A stretch of DNA of 64,000 bases from positions 1,450 to 65,449 of the forward strand of contig JAPYTK010000004.1 in the NCBI GenBank assembly GCA_029941785.1, given 5' to 3'. The DNA comes from Polyangiaceae bacterium (GTDB lineage: Bacteria; Myxococcota_A; Polyangia; Polyangiales; Polyangiaceae). Under the pieces are notes generated by a model, which saw only the letters and a list, made by a program, of their open reading frames with translations, was not told where the DNA came from and ran no database searches. Positions 8,845 to 18,348 of the stretch are shown here, piece after piece; position 1 is the first letter of the stretch; each line of letters starts with the position of its first letter. Position numbers and translations under genes: made by a program.

Positions 8845-10875
8845 TCAGGGCGATGGATCCGTGGGTGAGTCGTGGGCACGGTCAAGCCTGCCTCGCCACC
8901 GCCACGCGGGGGTCCACATCGCGATCGTCGTGGCGGCGGCAAGAATCTCCCAGCCGTGGTGGGGCAAGGCGACGACCGCCGCAGCTCCAACGAGGTACGC
9001 CAGTCCCGCCCAAAACATCACCGGATCGATGATCAACTTCGCCATGACACAGATCGTCCCATACAGGAGCAGGTTGCCAGCCATCGCGTCGCCGAATGGC
9101 AGCTCTTTCCACCAGGCGAGAGACCACCAGAGACTCGCCAACGAGAACGCCATCCACACGCTCCACAAGAAGGCGCGATTGACCTGTGTCGCAAAGAAAG
9201 TCGCCCGAAAACGCACGGTGGCAACGAGCAGAAAAACGCCGAAGGCGCCATTGATGACAAGATAGGCCTCGTGAGCAAAACGAAGGGGCGTCATGCGCGT
9301 CAGGGTGCCGAGCACGACGTAGAAGCCGCCCCAGATGAGTCCCATCAAGAACAGCCAATTGGCCCGCTCGCGCAGGCCCACTCGTGTATCCACGTCACGC
9401 TCCAATTCGAGCAACTGCGCCACGTGTTCCGTCTCGTCGCTGCGGCGAGCGCGAAGGCTCGCCAAGGCACGAGTCAAGGGTTCGCTCGGCGCGCGCAGTT
9501 CGCCCACCAGAATCGTAGCCGCCTTCAAGTCGCCCCGTTCGAGTTCGTCGTAGGCCATCATCTCGACCAAACGCCGAAAACCACTCTGCGCCAACTTGTT
9601 GTCGGGCCATTCGCGCAAGGCTTGGCGATAGGCAAAGCGACACTCGCCGAACAGACGATAGAGATCGACCTCATCCACCTTTTCGGCCGTGCGGAGCATC
9701 CTCTCAAGCCGCGACGCACGCTCGTCCGCTTCCACACTCAAACGACGCGAGTGGCGATGCCGCATGTACTCGTCGAGGGCACGACGGAAGGCGTCCACGT
9801 TGGGAAAACGGTCCGCCGGAGCCTTGGCCGTGGCGCGATTGCATATCGCGGCGAGCTCAGGCGGGACATGCGCAGCGTAGACGACGGGCTCCGACGCGAT
9901 GGCACGGATCAGGGCTTGGCTCACGTTGGTGGCTTCGTGTCGCGGCGCGCCTTCGGTCACGATGCAGTGGAGAATAGCCCCCAAGAGATAAACGTCCGTT
10001 TGGACGCCGATGGACTCACGTTGCACCAAGACGGTTTCGGGGGGCATAAAGCCAGGCGTACCCGCAATGCCGTCGATCCCACCAACGTACGGGATCCCGA
10101 GTTCGTTGTCCGAGTCGAAGCTCACCGCGAGCCCCCAATCGAGCACGTAGATTTGACCGAAGTCGCCGACCATCACGTTTTCGGGTTTCAAGTCGCGGTG
10201 CAAGATCCGCTTGCTGTGAGCGTAGTCGACCGCGTGGCAAACTTGGCGCAGCACCTCGATGTGCCAATGCAGAGGATCGTTGACCTTGTGCTTCTCCCTG
10301 AGCAACTCGGGATCCGCAATGAGATCGTGCCAGACGTCGCCGCTCACCCGCTGCATCACGAGCATCGGCTTCTCGCCTTGGTCTTGGCCCAACATGTGGA
10401 CGGGTACGATGTTCGGGTGAGCCAGCGTCCCGGTTACGAAGGCCTCACGTATCAGATGCTTACAAGCCTCCCTGCTGAACTCCGCAGAGCCCGCGATCAA
10501 GGTCTTCACAGCCACCTCACGGCGCAGAGCGGGCTGGCGCGTGGCGATCACGACGCCCATGGCACCGCGGCCGATCTCCTGTCCCCCCTCGGCCAAATGC
10601 GGCGCCGACGATAGGACCGGCGTCTCCCCGCCGCCGTGCAGTCGAGGCAGGGTCTTGAGGTGATCTTCTTCATCGAGCCAAGCCCCCGGCATGACGGTGC
10701 CATCCGTGGTGAGCTTTAGGCTATCAGGGCACAGCCCGCGGCTGCGCAACACGCTGCGCAGGACGTCATCAATCTCCGTTTCCTGGTAGGGCAGAGAGAT
10801 GTTGCATGGGCGACTCGAGCGGCTCACGAGGCGATCCTGCCCGATCCAACCAAGAACGGGCAATTTGGTTGCCAC
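8845..10875 (-). CDS. Ser/Thr protein kinase with C-terminal polytopic membrane domain
   Basis: Hanks kinase motifs (VAVKTL, HRDLKPENVMV, DWGLA, GTPGFMPPE). The C-terminal ~190 aa contain about 6 hydrophobic helices. GTG start. Confidence 0.85.
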   Translation of the reverse strand: MATKLPVLGWIGQDRLVSRSSRPCNISLPYQETEIDDVLRSVLRSRGLCPDSLKLTTDGTVMPGAWLDEEDHLKTLPRLHGGGETPVLSSAPHLAEGGQEIGRGAMGVVIATRQPALRREVAVKTLIAGSAEFSREACKHLIREAFVTGTLAHPNIVPVHMLGQDQGEKPMLVMQRVSGDVWHDLIADPELLREKHKVNDPLHWHIEVLRQVCHAVDYAHSKRILHRDLKPENVMVGDFGQIYVLDWGLAVSFDSDNELGIPYVGGIDGIAGTPGFMPPETVLVQRESIGVQTDVYLLGAILHCIVTEGAPRHEATNVSQALIRAIASEPVVYAAHVPPELAAICNRATAKAPADRFPNVDAFRRALDEYMRHRHSRRLSVEADERASRLERMLRTAEKVDEVDLYRLFGECRFAYRQALREWPDNKLAQSGFRRLVEMMAYDELERGDLKAATILVGELRAPSEPLTRALASLRARRSDETEHVAQLLELERDVDTRVGLRERANWLFLMGLIWGGFYVVLGTLTRMTPLRFAHEAYLVINGAFGVFLLVATVRFRATFFATQVNRAFLWSVWMAFSLASLWWSLAWWKELPFGDAMAGNLLLYGTICVMAKLIIDPVMFWAGLAYLVGAAAVVALPHHGWEILAAATTIAMWTPAWRWRGRLDRAHDSPTDPSP

Positions 10876-10950
10876 CAGCTGACATCGTATGATGCAAAAC
10901 TGGGGTAATTTGGCCCCAACCAGCCAAGCAGCGTTATCGTCTGTCTCCCG

Positions 10951-13200
10951 ATGCCTGACAGACCGCGCAACGATGACCGAATCCGCGTCGCCATCCTGGG
11001 AGGAGGGTGCGGCTCGATGACCGCGGCCTACGAGCTCAGTCGCACGCCGGAGCTACGGCAACGCTACGCACTAACCGTGTATCAAATGGGCTGGCGCCTT
11101 GGTGGGAAGGGGGCCAGCGGTCGGGACACCCGACCAGGCTACGGCGCGCGAATTCTGGAGCACGGCCTTCATGTCTGGGCGGGGTTTTACGACAGTGCCT
11201 TCCGCATGATACGGGACTGCTATGGCGCCCTCGACCGACCTGCCGGCACGCCGCTGTCCGTCTGGTACGACCCTCTTCGACCGGAGGATTCCGCGTTTTT
11301 GCCGCATCACTGCGTGACCGTCGAGGAGCGACACGAGGGGGACTGGGTCCATTGGGTGGCGGAATTGCCCGAAACCGATGGGCTACCAGGTGACACCGAA
11401 GAATCGCTGCCCAACCCCTGGGAGCTGATGCAGACCTTGGTGCAAGCCTCCATCGGGCTGGTCGAGGGCTCCATTCGTTGGTCGAGCGACGATGACGATG
11501 ACGATGACACGTCTTCGGGGCCCATCGGTTGGGTGATGCGCCTCCTGTCCCGGCAAGACGGATCACACGGCCGGCGGCTCGGAGAAGCGCTCGCCGCGAC
11601 CATAAAGCGCGCCGAGGGTGCCGCGGACGCTGACAAACCGATCGCCAAGCAACTCCGAAGCTCCTACGGAAAAGCGACTCATAATTGGCTCGCGCCAGCC
11701 ATCTTGTCCTTGATGCATCATGCCGAAGCCGAGGTCGCCGCCCATGGCGGACCGCTCGGTGAACTGGTGAAGTACCTGCACGATTTTCTGATGGAGCAGC
11801 GGCGCCTCAGCGACGGCGTGAGCGCGGCCTGGCGACGCGTATGGCTGCTCACTGACCTGATGCTGACACACGTCCGAGGCATGATTCTCGACGACGTCGT
11901 GTCGCAGGGCTTCGAGACGATCAACGACATCGATTGGCGCGCATGGATGAAGAAACACGGGGCGCGGGAGGAAACACTCGATTCGGCCCTCGTGCGAGGG
12001 ATCTACGAGTATGTCTTCGGCTTCGAAGAGGGCCGCGAAGATCGGCCATCCCTGGAAGCCGGCACCGCCATCCACGGCGCCTTGCGCCTCGTTCTCTCGT
12101 ACAAGAAGGCCATATTTTGGACGATGCAGGGGGCCATGGGCGAGGTCGTTTTCACGCCGCTCTACCAATTACTGAGGGACCGAGGCGTGCGCTTCGAGTT
12201 CTTCCAGCAGGTGCGGTCCCTCGAGCTTTCTGAGGACAAGTCGACCATCGATGGCATCACCATCGGTGTACAAGCGGAGTTGAAGTCAGCCGACCAGGAC
12301 TATGATCCCTTCTTCCAGGTGTGTGGGATCGATGCGTGGCCGTCTCACCCGTTTTACGAGCAGCTCGTTCAAGGCGAAGACCTTCGCGAACGCCAGATCG
12401 ATCTGGAGTCACCCTTCTCCGGTTGGGACGACGTAGGACGACGAGAGCTACGACGAGGCGAAGACTTCGACGACGTCGTGCTCGGTATTTCTCGCGGAGC
12501 CTTGGAGGAGATTTGCGGAGAGCTCATCGAACACCGTCAAGGCTGGCGCCGGATGATCGCGAAGGTGAAAACCGTTCAGACCCAATCGCTTCAGCTATGG
12601 CTCAAACCCACACGACGCGAACTGGGTTGGCATGCGCCAGAGACGATTCTTACCGCCTATCAGCCACCATGGGCAACCTGGGCGGATTTGAGCTTCCTTG
12701 GCAGCAAGGAGGACTGGGCACCCGGAATGGTGGGCAGCTTGGCCTATTTTTGCGGGGTCATGCCAACGATGACGCCCGATGGCGACGCTCGCGACTTCGT
12801 CTACCAGGCGGAGGCCAAAGTGAGGGACAATGCCCGGCGCTGGCTCGATCGACACGTGGAGCACATATGGCCGGACGCCACACTGCCGGGCAGCTCGGGG
12901 CTCGATTACAGCCTGCTCATCGACCCCGAAAACCGCGAAGGCGTCGCACGACTCGATGCACAGTTCGTGCGAGCCAATGTCAACCCCAGCGATGCGTATG
13001 TGTTGTCCGTCCCAGGCAGCAGCGCCTTCCGCCTCGCCGCCGACGAATCCGGCTTTCGCAACCTCTTCCTCGCCGGTGACTGGGTAAAGACCAGCATCAA
13101 CGCCGGCTGCGTCGAAGCGGCGGTATTGTCGGGGGTCGCGGCAGCACGAGCTCTATCCAGCCATCGCACCACACGCGCGCGTGACCGCAGCGTGGCCTGA
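10951..13200 (+). CDS. NAD(P)/FAD-dependent oxidoreductase, amine-oxidase/phytoene-desaturase superfamily (749 aa)
   Basis: N-terminal Rossmann motif VAILGGGCGSMTAAYEL, block WRLGGKG...EHGLHVWAGFYD, and C-terminal FLAGDWVKTSINAGCVEAAVLSG typical of this superfamily. Large insertions including a poly-Asp run. Confidence 0.7.
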   Translation: MPDRPRNDDRIRVAILGGGCGSMTAAYELSRTPELRQRYALTVYQMGWRLGGKGASGRDTRPGYGARILEHGLHVWAGFYDSAFRMIRDCYGALDRPAGTPLSVWYDPLRPEDSAFLPHHCVTVEERHEGDWVHWVAELPETDGLPGDTEESLPNPWELMQTLVQASIGLVEGSIRWSSDDDDDDDTSSGPIGWVMRLLSRQDGSHGRRLGEALAATIKRAEGAADADKPIAKQLRSSYGKATHNWLAPAILSLMHHAEAEVAAHGGPLGELVKYLHDFLMEQRRLSDGVSAAWRRVWLLTDLMLTHVRGMILDDVVSQGFETINDIDWRAWMKKHGAREETLDSALVRGIYEYVFGFEEGREDRPSLEAGTAIHGALRLVLSYKKAIFWTMQGAMGEVVFTPLYQLLRDRGVRFEFFQQVRSLELSEDKSTIDGITIGVQAELKSADQDYDPFFQVCGIDAWPSHPFYEQLVQGEDLRERQIDLESPFSGWDDVGRRELRRGEDFDDVVLGISRGALEEICGELIEHRQGWRRMIAKVKTVQTQSLQLWLKPTRRELGWHAPETILTAYQPPWATWADLSFLGSKEDWAPGMVGSLAYFCGVMPTMTPDGDARDFVYQAEAKVRDNARRWLDRHVEHIWPDATLPGSSGLDYSLLIDPENREGVARLDAQFVRANVNPSDAYVLSVPGSSAFRLAADESGFRNLFLAGDWVKTSINAGCVEAAVLSGVAAARALSSHRTTRARDRSVA

Positions 13201-13237
13201 AATCGTCACGCAGCCCGCCGACGAAGAGAACGACGAA

Positions 13238-14233
13238 ATGCCTACTTTCCCCCCTTACATCGAGCGCGGCGGCCAACAGGTGTTTCGACAACCGCTGCTG
13301 CTGCAGGACGTCTTCATGCGGGCCTTCGTCCTCGACGCCGACCGCGAGGCCCTCCAGGCCCTGTGCGACCGCTACCTGAACGCGGTGACGCCGCCCAAGG
13401 ACGTTCGCTTCATTCCCCTCGTCGACAAGGCAATGTTGGTGTTCGCCGAAATTGCCCAGGCGACCTCCCTCGATCGACGGGACGGACACTTTGGCTGGCT
13501 CCCCGAGATCGACGTGGCGTTTTGGGTCCCGGTTGCCATGCTCGAACGACGAGATGGCGACTACGAGGTCGCTGACATCGCCTGGTTTCTTCCCTACGTG
13601 TTTGTCGACAATGCGTGGGCCATGGCGACAGGCCGCGAGATCTACGGCTTCCAAAAAGAGCTCGCCCGGTTTCAGATCCCCGATGGCACCTCGCCAAGCG
13701 AGACCTTCGCGGTAAAAAGTCTGGTGCTCGATCCCTACCATCCCGACACGCAGGCGAGAGAGGAGACGCTTTTCGAAGTTCGTCGTGAGGGAGGCTCGGA
13801 ACCGGGCGAAGAGAGGATCTTTGACGACTTGGCGGATGCAGCTGCAGAGTGGCTCGGCGCCGTATTCGGTGCGAGCGACGTGGTCTCCTTGCTGTGGCGA
13901 GAGGGGGTCGCCACGCGCACGCTGAGCGTGAACCTCCTGAGCCATCTGCGTCATGGTCAGGTCCCCATGGTGTTCTTGAAACAGTTCCGTGATTGTAGCG
14001 ACCCACAGCGCGCGTGTTATCGCCGACTGATCCGCGCCAACGCCGATCTCGACGAGGCCTCTTTTGCGGGGGCAGGCCCGATGTGGGGAGATTACACGCT
14101 GTCATTGAACGATTACGCCAGTCACCCAATCGCGCGCGAACTCGGCTTGAAGGTCGGACCCAATCACATCGATACCGCCTTTTGGGCCCGTTACGGCTTC
14201 ACGATGCACGCCGGCCGTGAGCTTGGCGGTTAG
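13238..14233 (+). CDS. Acetoacetate-decarboxylase (ADC)-like fold protein
   Basis: YVFVDNAWAMATGREIYGFQKELARF parallels the Clostridium Adc active-site block YLDNEPAIAVGRELSAYPKKLG (recalled from memory). ATG at 13238; an upstream GTG at 13181 is also open. Confidence 0.5.
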   Translation: MPTFPPYIERGGQQVFRQPLLLQDVFMRAFVLDADREALQALCDRYLNAVTPPKDVRFIPLVDKAMLVFAEIAQATSLDRRDGHFGWLPEIDVAFWVPVAMLERRDGDYEVADIAWFLPYVFVDNAWAMATGREIYGFQKELARFQIPDGTSPSETFAVKSLVLDPYHPDTQAREETLFEVRREGGSEPGEERIFDDLADAAAEWLGAVFGASDVVSLLWREGVATRTLSVNLLSHLRHGQVPMVFLKQFRDCSDPQRACYRRLIRANADLDEASFAGAGPMWGDYTLSLNDYASHPIARELGLKVGPNHIDTAFWARYGFTMHAGRELGG

Positions 14234-14320
14234 AAAGAAAATTGAAGGCTCGGCGCCCTCGAGGACGACTCTTCGACGGAACAGTGGTCAAGACCGGTCA
14301 TGGTGCCTAGACTAGGCGCC

Positions 14321-15151
14321 ATGAGCAACCCGCTCGCGTTCGGCATTGCCATCACCTCGGACCCCGATGAGTCGATCGAGCGGCTTGGCGCCTTGTGCAC
14401 GAGCCTATCGGACAGCTCCGGTCGTTCCGTCGTGCCCGGAGGCGTGTGGCGTTACGGGGCCTTGGTCGAGGCCTTGAGCAACGGAAAGCTCGATCTGGCG
14501 TGGCTACCACCGTTGCTGGCCCTTCGCGCGACCGGAAAACAACTCGCTTCACCCATCGCGCTGCCGGTGCGTCATGGCGTGTCCACCTACTCGAGCGCAC
14601 TGTTCACCCGCGCCGATAGCCCCATACGCGTCACGGACGACTTGCAAGGTGTGCGCGCAGCTTGGGTGGATCGTCGTAGCTGCGCAGGGTACCTCGTGAT
14701 CCGCGCGCTGCTCCGCTCGCGAGGAATCGAACTCGAAGGCTGCTTCGGCGAAGAACGATTTCTCGGCTCCCACGATGCGGTCGCGGAGGCCGTGATGTCC
14801 GGCGAGGCCGACGTCGGAGCAAGCTACGTCTACCTCGACCCCGACTCGAGCACCGGGGCCGCCTTCCCCCAAAGCGCTGGCTGGGGCAAAGCCCCAGCTC
14901 ATATCATCGCTTGCACCGGCTCGATCCCCTCCGATGTCATCGCCGCACGAACCGACCTGCCGGAAGACGATCGCCTCGCCATGCTCGAGGCCCTGAAAGC
15001 CGACGCCGAAGGAGGCGGCCCTGCGCGCACGATGCTCGGCGCAGAGACCTTCATTTCGCCGACCCCCGAACACCTCGAGCAACTCGTCGAACTCCTCTCT
15101 GCACTCGAAGACGACGACGACCTCCCCGCCATTCGCCCGCCCCACGACTAG
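14321..15151 (+). CDS. PhnD-like (phosphate/phosphonate-type) substrate-binding domain protein without obvious signal peptide
   Basis: ALSNGKLDLAWLPPLLALRA and overall type-2 periplasmic-binding-fold pattern. Start 14321, or 14300. Confidence 0.45.
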   Translation: MSNPLAFGIAITSDPDESIERLGALCTSLSDSSGRSVVPGGVWRYGALVEALSNGKLDLAWLPPLLALRATGKQLASPIALPVRHGVSTYSSALFTRADSPIRVTDDLQGVRAAWVDRRSCAGYLVIRALLRSRGIELEGCFGEERFLGSHDAVAEAVMSGEADVGASYVYLDPDSSTGAAFPQSAGWGKAPAHIIACTGSIPSDVIAARTDLPEDDRLAMLEALKADAEGGGPARTMLGAETFISPTPEHLEQLVELLSALEDDDDLPAIRPPHD

Positions 15152-15213
15152 CCGTGCGCGAGACGGCCGTGGTGAAACGAGCGCGCAAACATGACCGGTC
15201 GTGGCTGGGCACG

Positions 15214-16212
15214 ATGGGCCGACGGGCCGTGACCGTGCCGAGCTACATGCTCTTGGCCGCACTCTGCCTGATCACCGCTCCGTTGTGGCTCGTCACCACC
15301 GTACTTCTCGACATGGCGAGCTCGAAACGAGGGCTGTTTCCGCGAACACGTGCCGGCGGCTTCATCGCCCTTTATCTCTGTTGCGAAGTGCTAGGGATCA
15401 TCGCCGCGGCATGCATCGGAGCCCTCAGCCTTGGGGGCTTGCTCTGGGGCCACACGCGTTATCGAAGAGCCAACGCCGCGCTGCAGCGCTGGTGGACATC
15501 GGCACTCTTTCGTGGGGGCACCTCTCTCTTCGGGATGACGACCGTCGTGGAAAACGCCCAGGTCGCTTCGCGCGGTCCGTTTCTGCTGTTCGTCCGACAT
15601 TCAAGCACCGCCGACACGGTGTTGGCCGCAGCACTCGTGGCCAATCCTCACCGCCTGCTGTTGCGCTACGTGATCAAGCGAGAGCTTCTCTGGGATCCGT
15701 GCCTCGACATCGTCGGTGGCCGACTACCCAACGCCTTCATCGACCGAAACGCCGACCGTAAAGACAGCGATGTAGCAGCCATGATGCAGCTCGCCACGAA
15801 GCTCGACGAGCGCTCCGCGGTGCTCATCTATCCGGAGGGGACCCGCTTCAGCAAAGCGAAACAGCAGCGCGCCATCGCATCGCTGAGGGACAGTGGCGAG
15901 ACCGCGCTGGCCGAGATCGCGACCACGTTTCGGAACGTCCTACCGCCACGAAGACGGGGGGCCCTCGCCTTGCTCGAGGCCGCGCCAGACGTCGACGTCG
16001 TGTTTCTCGAGCATACCGGATTCGAAGGCGCGACCACGCTGGGTAGTTTTCTAGACGGCAAGCTCGTCGGTCGAACGTTGCGGGTTCGCTTGCGCCGCTT
16101 CGAGGCAAGGTCGATCCCGACTGAAGCTCGGGACACCTGGCTGTTCGAGCGTTGGAGGGAGATGGACGACTGGATCGACGGCCTGGCATCGACGAAGGAG
16201 GACACGACATGA
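15214..16212 (+). CDS. Lysophospholipid/1-acyl-glycerol-3-phosphate acyltransferase family protein (PlsC-like)
   Basis: HX4D motif (VRHSSTADTV) and YPEGTRF block. N-terminal TM helices. Possible earlier GTG at 15154, immediately after the upstream stop. Confidence 0.7.
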   Translation: MGRRAVTVPSYMLLAALCLITAPLWLVTTVLLDMASSKRGLFPRTRAGGFIALYLCCEVLGIIAAACIGALSLGGLLWGHTRYRRANAALQRWWTSALFRGGTSLFGMTTVVENAQVASRGPFLLFVRHSSTADTVLAAALVANPHRLLLRYVIKRELLWDPCLDIVGGRLPNAFIDRNADRKDSDVAAMMQLATKLDERSAVLIYPEGTRFSKAKQQRAIASLRDSGETALAEIATTFRNVLPPRRRGALALLEAAPDVDVVFLEHTGFEGATTLGSFLDGKLVGRTLRVRLRRFEARSIPTEARDTWLFERWREMDDWIDGLASTKEDTT

Positions 16213-16988
16213 CCCTCGCTTTGATCGCCGAAAACGCCGCGCTCGTTTGGCTGTTGATGACCCTCTTGTGGGTGGTCAGCGTGCTCAAGCGAGACGCCAG
16301 CATCGTCGACCCGTGGTGGCCGGTCGGCTTTCTCGTCGTCACGATCTACACCATCGTCCGCACGGGCTTCACTCCCGCCAAGAGCCTGCTGCTCGTCGCC
16401 GTCACGTCATGGGCCATGCGCCTGTGGGTGCACCTGCTGATCCGTAACTGGGGCAAGGCCGAAGACCCTCGTTACACAAACTTTCGCGAGCGCTTCGGTG
16501 CCGATCGTTACTGGTGGTTTAGCTACTTTCAGGTCTTCTTGCTCCAAGGCGCGTTGATCCTGCTGATCTCGGCGCCGCTACAGCTCGCTGGCTCCGCGAC
16601 CGCCCCCAACCCGATAAGCGGCTACGATCTGCTCGCCACGTCGGTCTTCGTCGTGGGTCTCGTGCTCGAGGTCGTCGCCGATGGTCAGCTCCGCGCTTTT
16701 CGTCGTGAGCCTCAGAATCGAGGGCAAGTGCTGGCTCACGGCCTCTGGAGTTGGAGTCGTCACCCGAACTACTTTGGCGAGGCTGTTCTCTGGTGGGGGC
16801 TTTTCTTGTACGTGCTCGATCAGCCCCTTGGATGGACGATGTTCCTCTCGCCCTTGCTGATGACCTTCTTGCTCGTGAAGGTGTCGGGCGTCGCGATGCT
16901 GGATGCACAACTGACAGAAACCAAACCTCACTACCGAAAGTACATCGAGACGACCTCCGCGTTTATCCCACGACGACCGAAAACCTGA
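16209..16988 (+). CDS. DUF1295 / steroid-5-alpha-reductase-like membrane protein
   Basis: Polytopic membrane protein with WSWSRHPNYFGEAVLWWGLFL, a DUF1295-type signature. ATGA overlap with the acyltransferase gene. Confidence 0.7.
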   Translation: MTLALIAENAALVWLLMTLLWVVSVLKRDASIVDPWWPVGFLVVTIYTIVRTGFTPAKSLLLVAVTSWAMRLWVHLLIRNWGKAEDPRYTNFRERFGADRYWWFSYFQVFLLQGALILLISAPLQLAGSATAPNPISGYDLLATSVFVVGLVLEVVADGQLRAFRREPQNRGQVLAHGLWSWSRHPNYFGEAVLWWGLFLYVLDQPLGWTMFLSPLLMTFLLVKVSGVAMLDAQLTETKPHYRKYIETTSAFIPRRPKT

Positions 16989-17021
16989 CGCTTCATTTCT
17001 AGGCGTCCGATCACGACAAAA

Positions 17022-17048
17022 CCCCCAGCCGGCCAAACCGACTGGGGG
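17022..17048. terminator. Bidirectional stem-loop between convergent genes
   Basis: CCCCCAGCCGG-CCAAA-CCGACTGGGGG: 11-bp stem with one mismatch and a 5-nt loop. Lies between the DUF1295 stop (16988) and the lipoprotein stop (17079). Confidence 0.45.
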
Positions 17049-17078
17049 CTTCATCCCTCCTGCTCCTCGCCGCTACGC

Positions 17079-18188
17079 TCAGGGAAGCTGAGCAATGGCC
17101 GCGAGCAACTCCTCCTGCGTTCCCGTCATCAGCTCCGACTCTGTGATTTCCTCGACTCCGCCATCGGCAATGGTCACGCTCTTGATCGCGTACACCCAAC
17201 TACCGTTCGACTCCGAGACGAAAATCATGTGGCAGTTCAGTCCGACCGGGATCAGACCGTAATGCTCGCTGAACTGTCCTTCGTTGGCGTCGTAGGTGTC
17301 GAGGCGAGCCAGGCCCGTCTCTTCTCCATCATAGGAAAGATAAATCGCACTGTTTTGGTCATCGTAGCCAGCTGGCACCGTCGCCAACACGTCCGTCTTG
17401 GGCCGCGGATCGCTGTAAAAGCGATCGACGTTGCTCCACCCAAAAGTGCTCGTGAACATGCTGTAATTCGTCTGCGCGCCGGCCCAGACTCCGGGTCCTT
17501 TATTCGGCTCCTCGTCCCCGGCGCCTTGTGGTTTTTCGCCCCGTTTCCACACCAACTCGTCCGTCGTAGCGTCCACCGCGCCATTGAAGAGCTTCATCGC
17601 CGGATCGGGACTCGCGTTGCCCGTCAGCGCGCTCGGAATCGTAAAGTGGGTGAGGCAAACGAGCTCGAGCGGTTGACCGTTTTGCGTCACTTCGACGAAA
17701 AACTGTCCGCCAGAGACGAGCATGGCCTTGGCCGTGGCGTTGAGCTGACCCATCGTCGACTTGTTGGCGGTGAGCATGCTGCCCCGATCGAAAATCTCCA
17801 CGTAGGTCAGATCGACGGTGCCGCTGACCTTCGCGCCGTTGAGACGCAAACATGGGCCCGCAATGTACAGATCGACTCCGTTGGCCGAAGTGAAGTTCAC
17901 GCCATCTTGGGCGTTGAAGGTAGCGGTCTGTGTCAGTTCGGCGAGGGCCGCGTCCCGCAGATCGCCGAATCCCTTGTCCGAGGGCCCAGCGATTGGATCC
18001 ACTCCGGTGTCGCCACCACCGACGCCGCTGCCTTGATCGACATCGCCATCGTCCGCCTGACCGCCGGCTCCCGCCGTCGCAGAGGTGGACGTTTCGTCCG
18101 GAGCGATCGGACCTTCGAAGTCGCCGGCGCTGCACGCGCAAAAGCCAACAAGTGTTCCGAGAATGAGTGAGTAAGTGATTTTTTTCAT
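17079..18188 (-). CDS. Lipoprotein of unknown function
   Basis: Lipobox MKKITYSLILGTLVGFCAC and a GGAGG Shine-Dalgarno 7 nt upstream. No family recognised. Confidence 0.6.
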   Translation of the reverse strand: MKKITYSLILGTLVGFCACSAGDFEGPIAPDETSTSATAGAGGQADDGDVDQGSGVGGGDTGVDPIAGPSDKGFGDLRDAALAELTQTATFNAQDGVNFTSANGVDLYIAGPCLRLNGAKVSGTVDLTYVEIFDRGSMLTANKSTMGQLNATAKAMLVSGGQFFVEVTQNGQPLELVCLTHFTIPSALTGNASPDPAMKLFNGAVDATTDELVWKRGEKPQGAGDEEPNKGPGVWAGAQTNYSMFTSTFGWSNVDRFYSDPRPKTDVLATVPAGYDDQNSAIYLSYDGEETGLARLDTYDANEGQFSEHYGLIPVGLNCHMIFVSESNGSWVYAIKSVTIADGGVEEITESELMTGTQEELLAAIAQLP

Positions 18189-18308
18189 GAGATACCTCCG
18201 TGTAAGTGGGGTTGGGTGTCAGAGGGTTTTGCAGGGGTCGTGCCAACCCAGAGAAGAAACCCTAACCCACTATAATCACTAGAAATCTATGGGTTCCCAC
18301 GGAACGGA

Positions 18309-18348
18309 GGTGTTCGATCCGTGCAGTCTTAGACCACGATCGAACACC
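18309..18348. repeat. Perfect 11-bp inverted repeat with 18-nt spacer in a 334-bp intergenic region
   Basis: GGTGTTCGATC (18309-18319) and GATCGAACACC (18338-18348) are exact reverse complements. A TATAAT hexamer lies at 18271-18276. Confidence 0.6.

Noticed and set aside
8872-10614. 580-aa plus-strand ORF
   Set aside because: It lies entirely antisense to the Ser/Thr kinase gene. The product is Arg/Gly/His-rich and low in complexity, typical of shadow ORFs in GC-rich DNA, and the kinase frame carries the clear motifs.
11488-11508. GAC/GAT trinucleotide repeat
   Set aside because: It is in frame and encodes a poly-Asp run inside the flavoprotein. It is coding low-complexity sequence, not a regulatory or CRISPR-like repeat.
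18301-18330. tRNA T-loop-like string GGTGTTCGATCC
   Set aside because: The only pairing (ACGGA/TCCGT) leaves a 9-nt loop, and no acceptor, D or anticodon arms can be built around it. It is better explained as one arm of the 11-bp inverted repeat.
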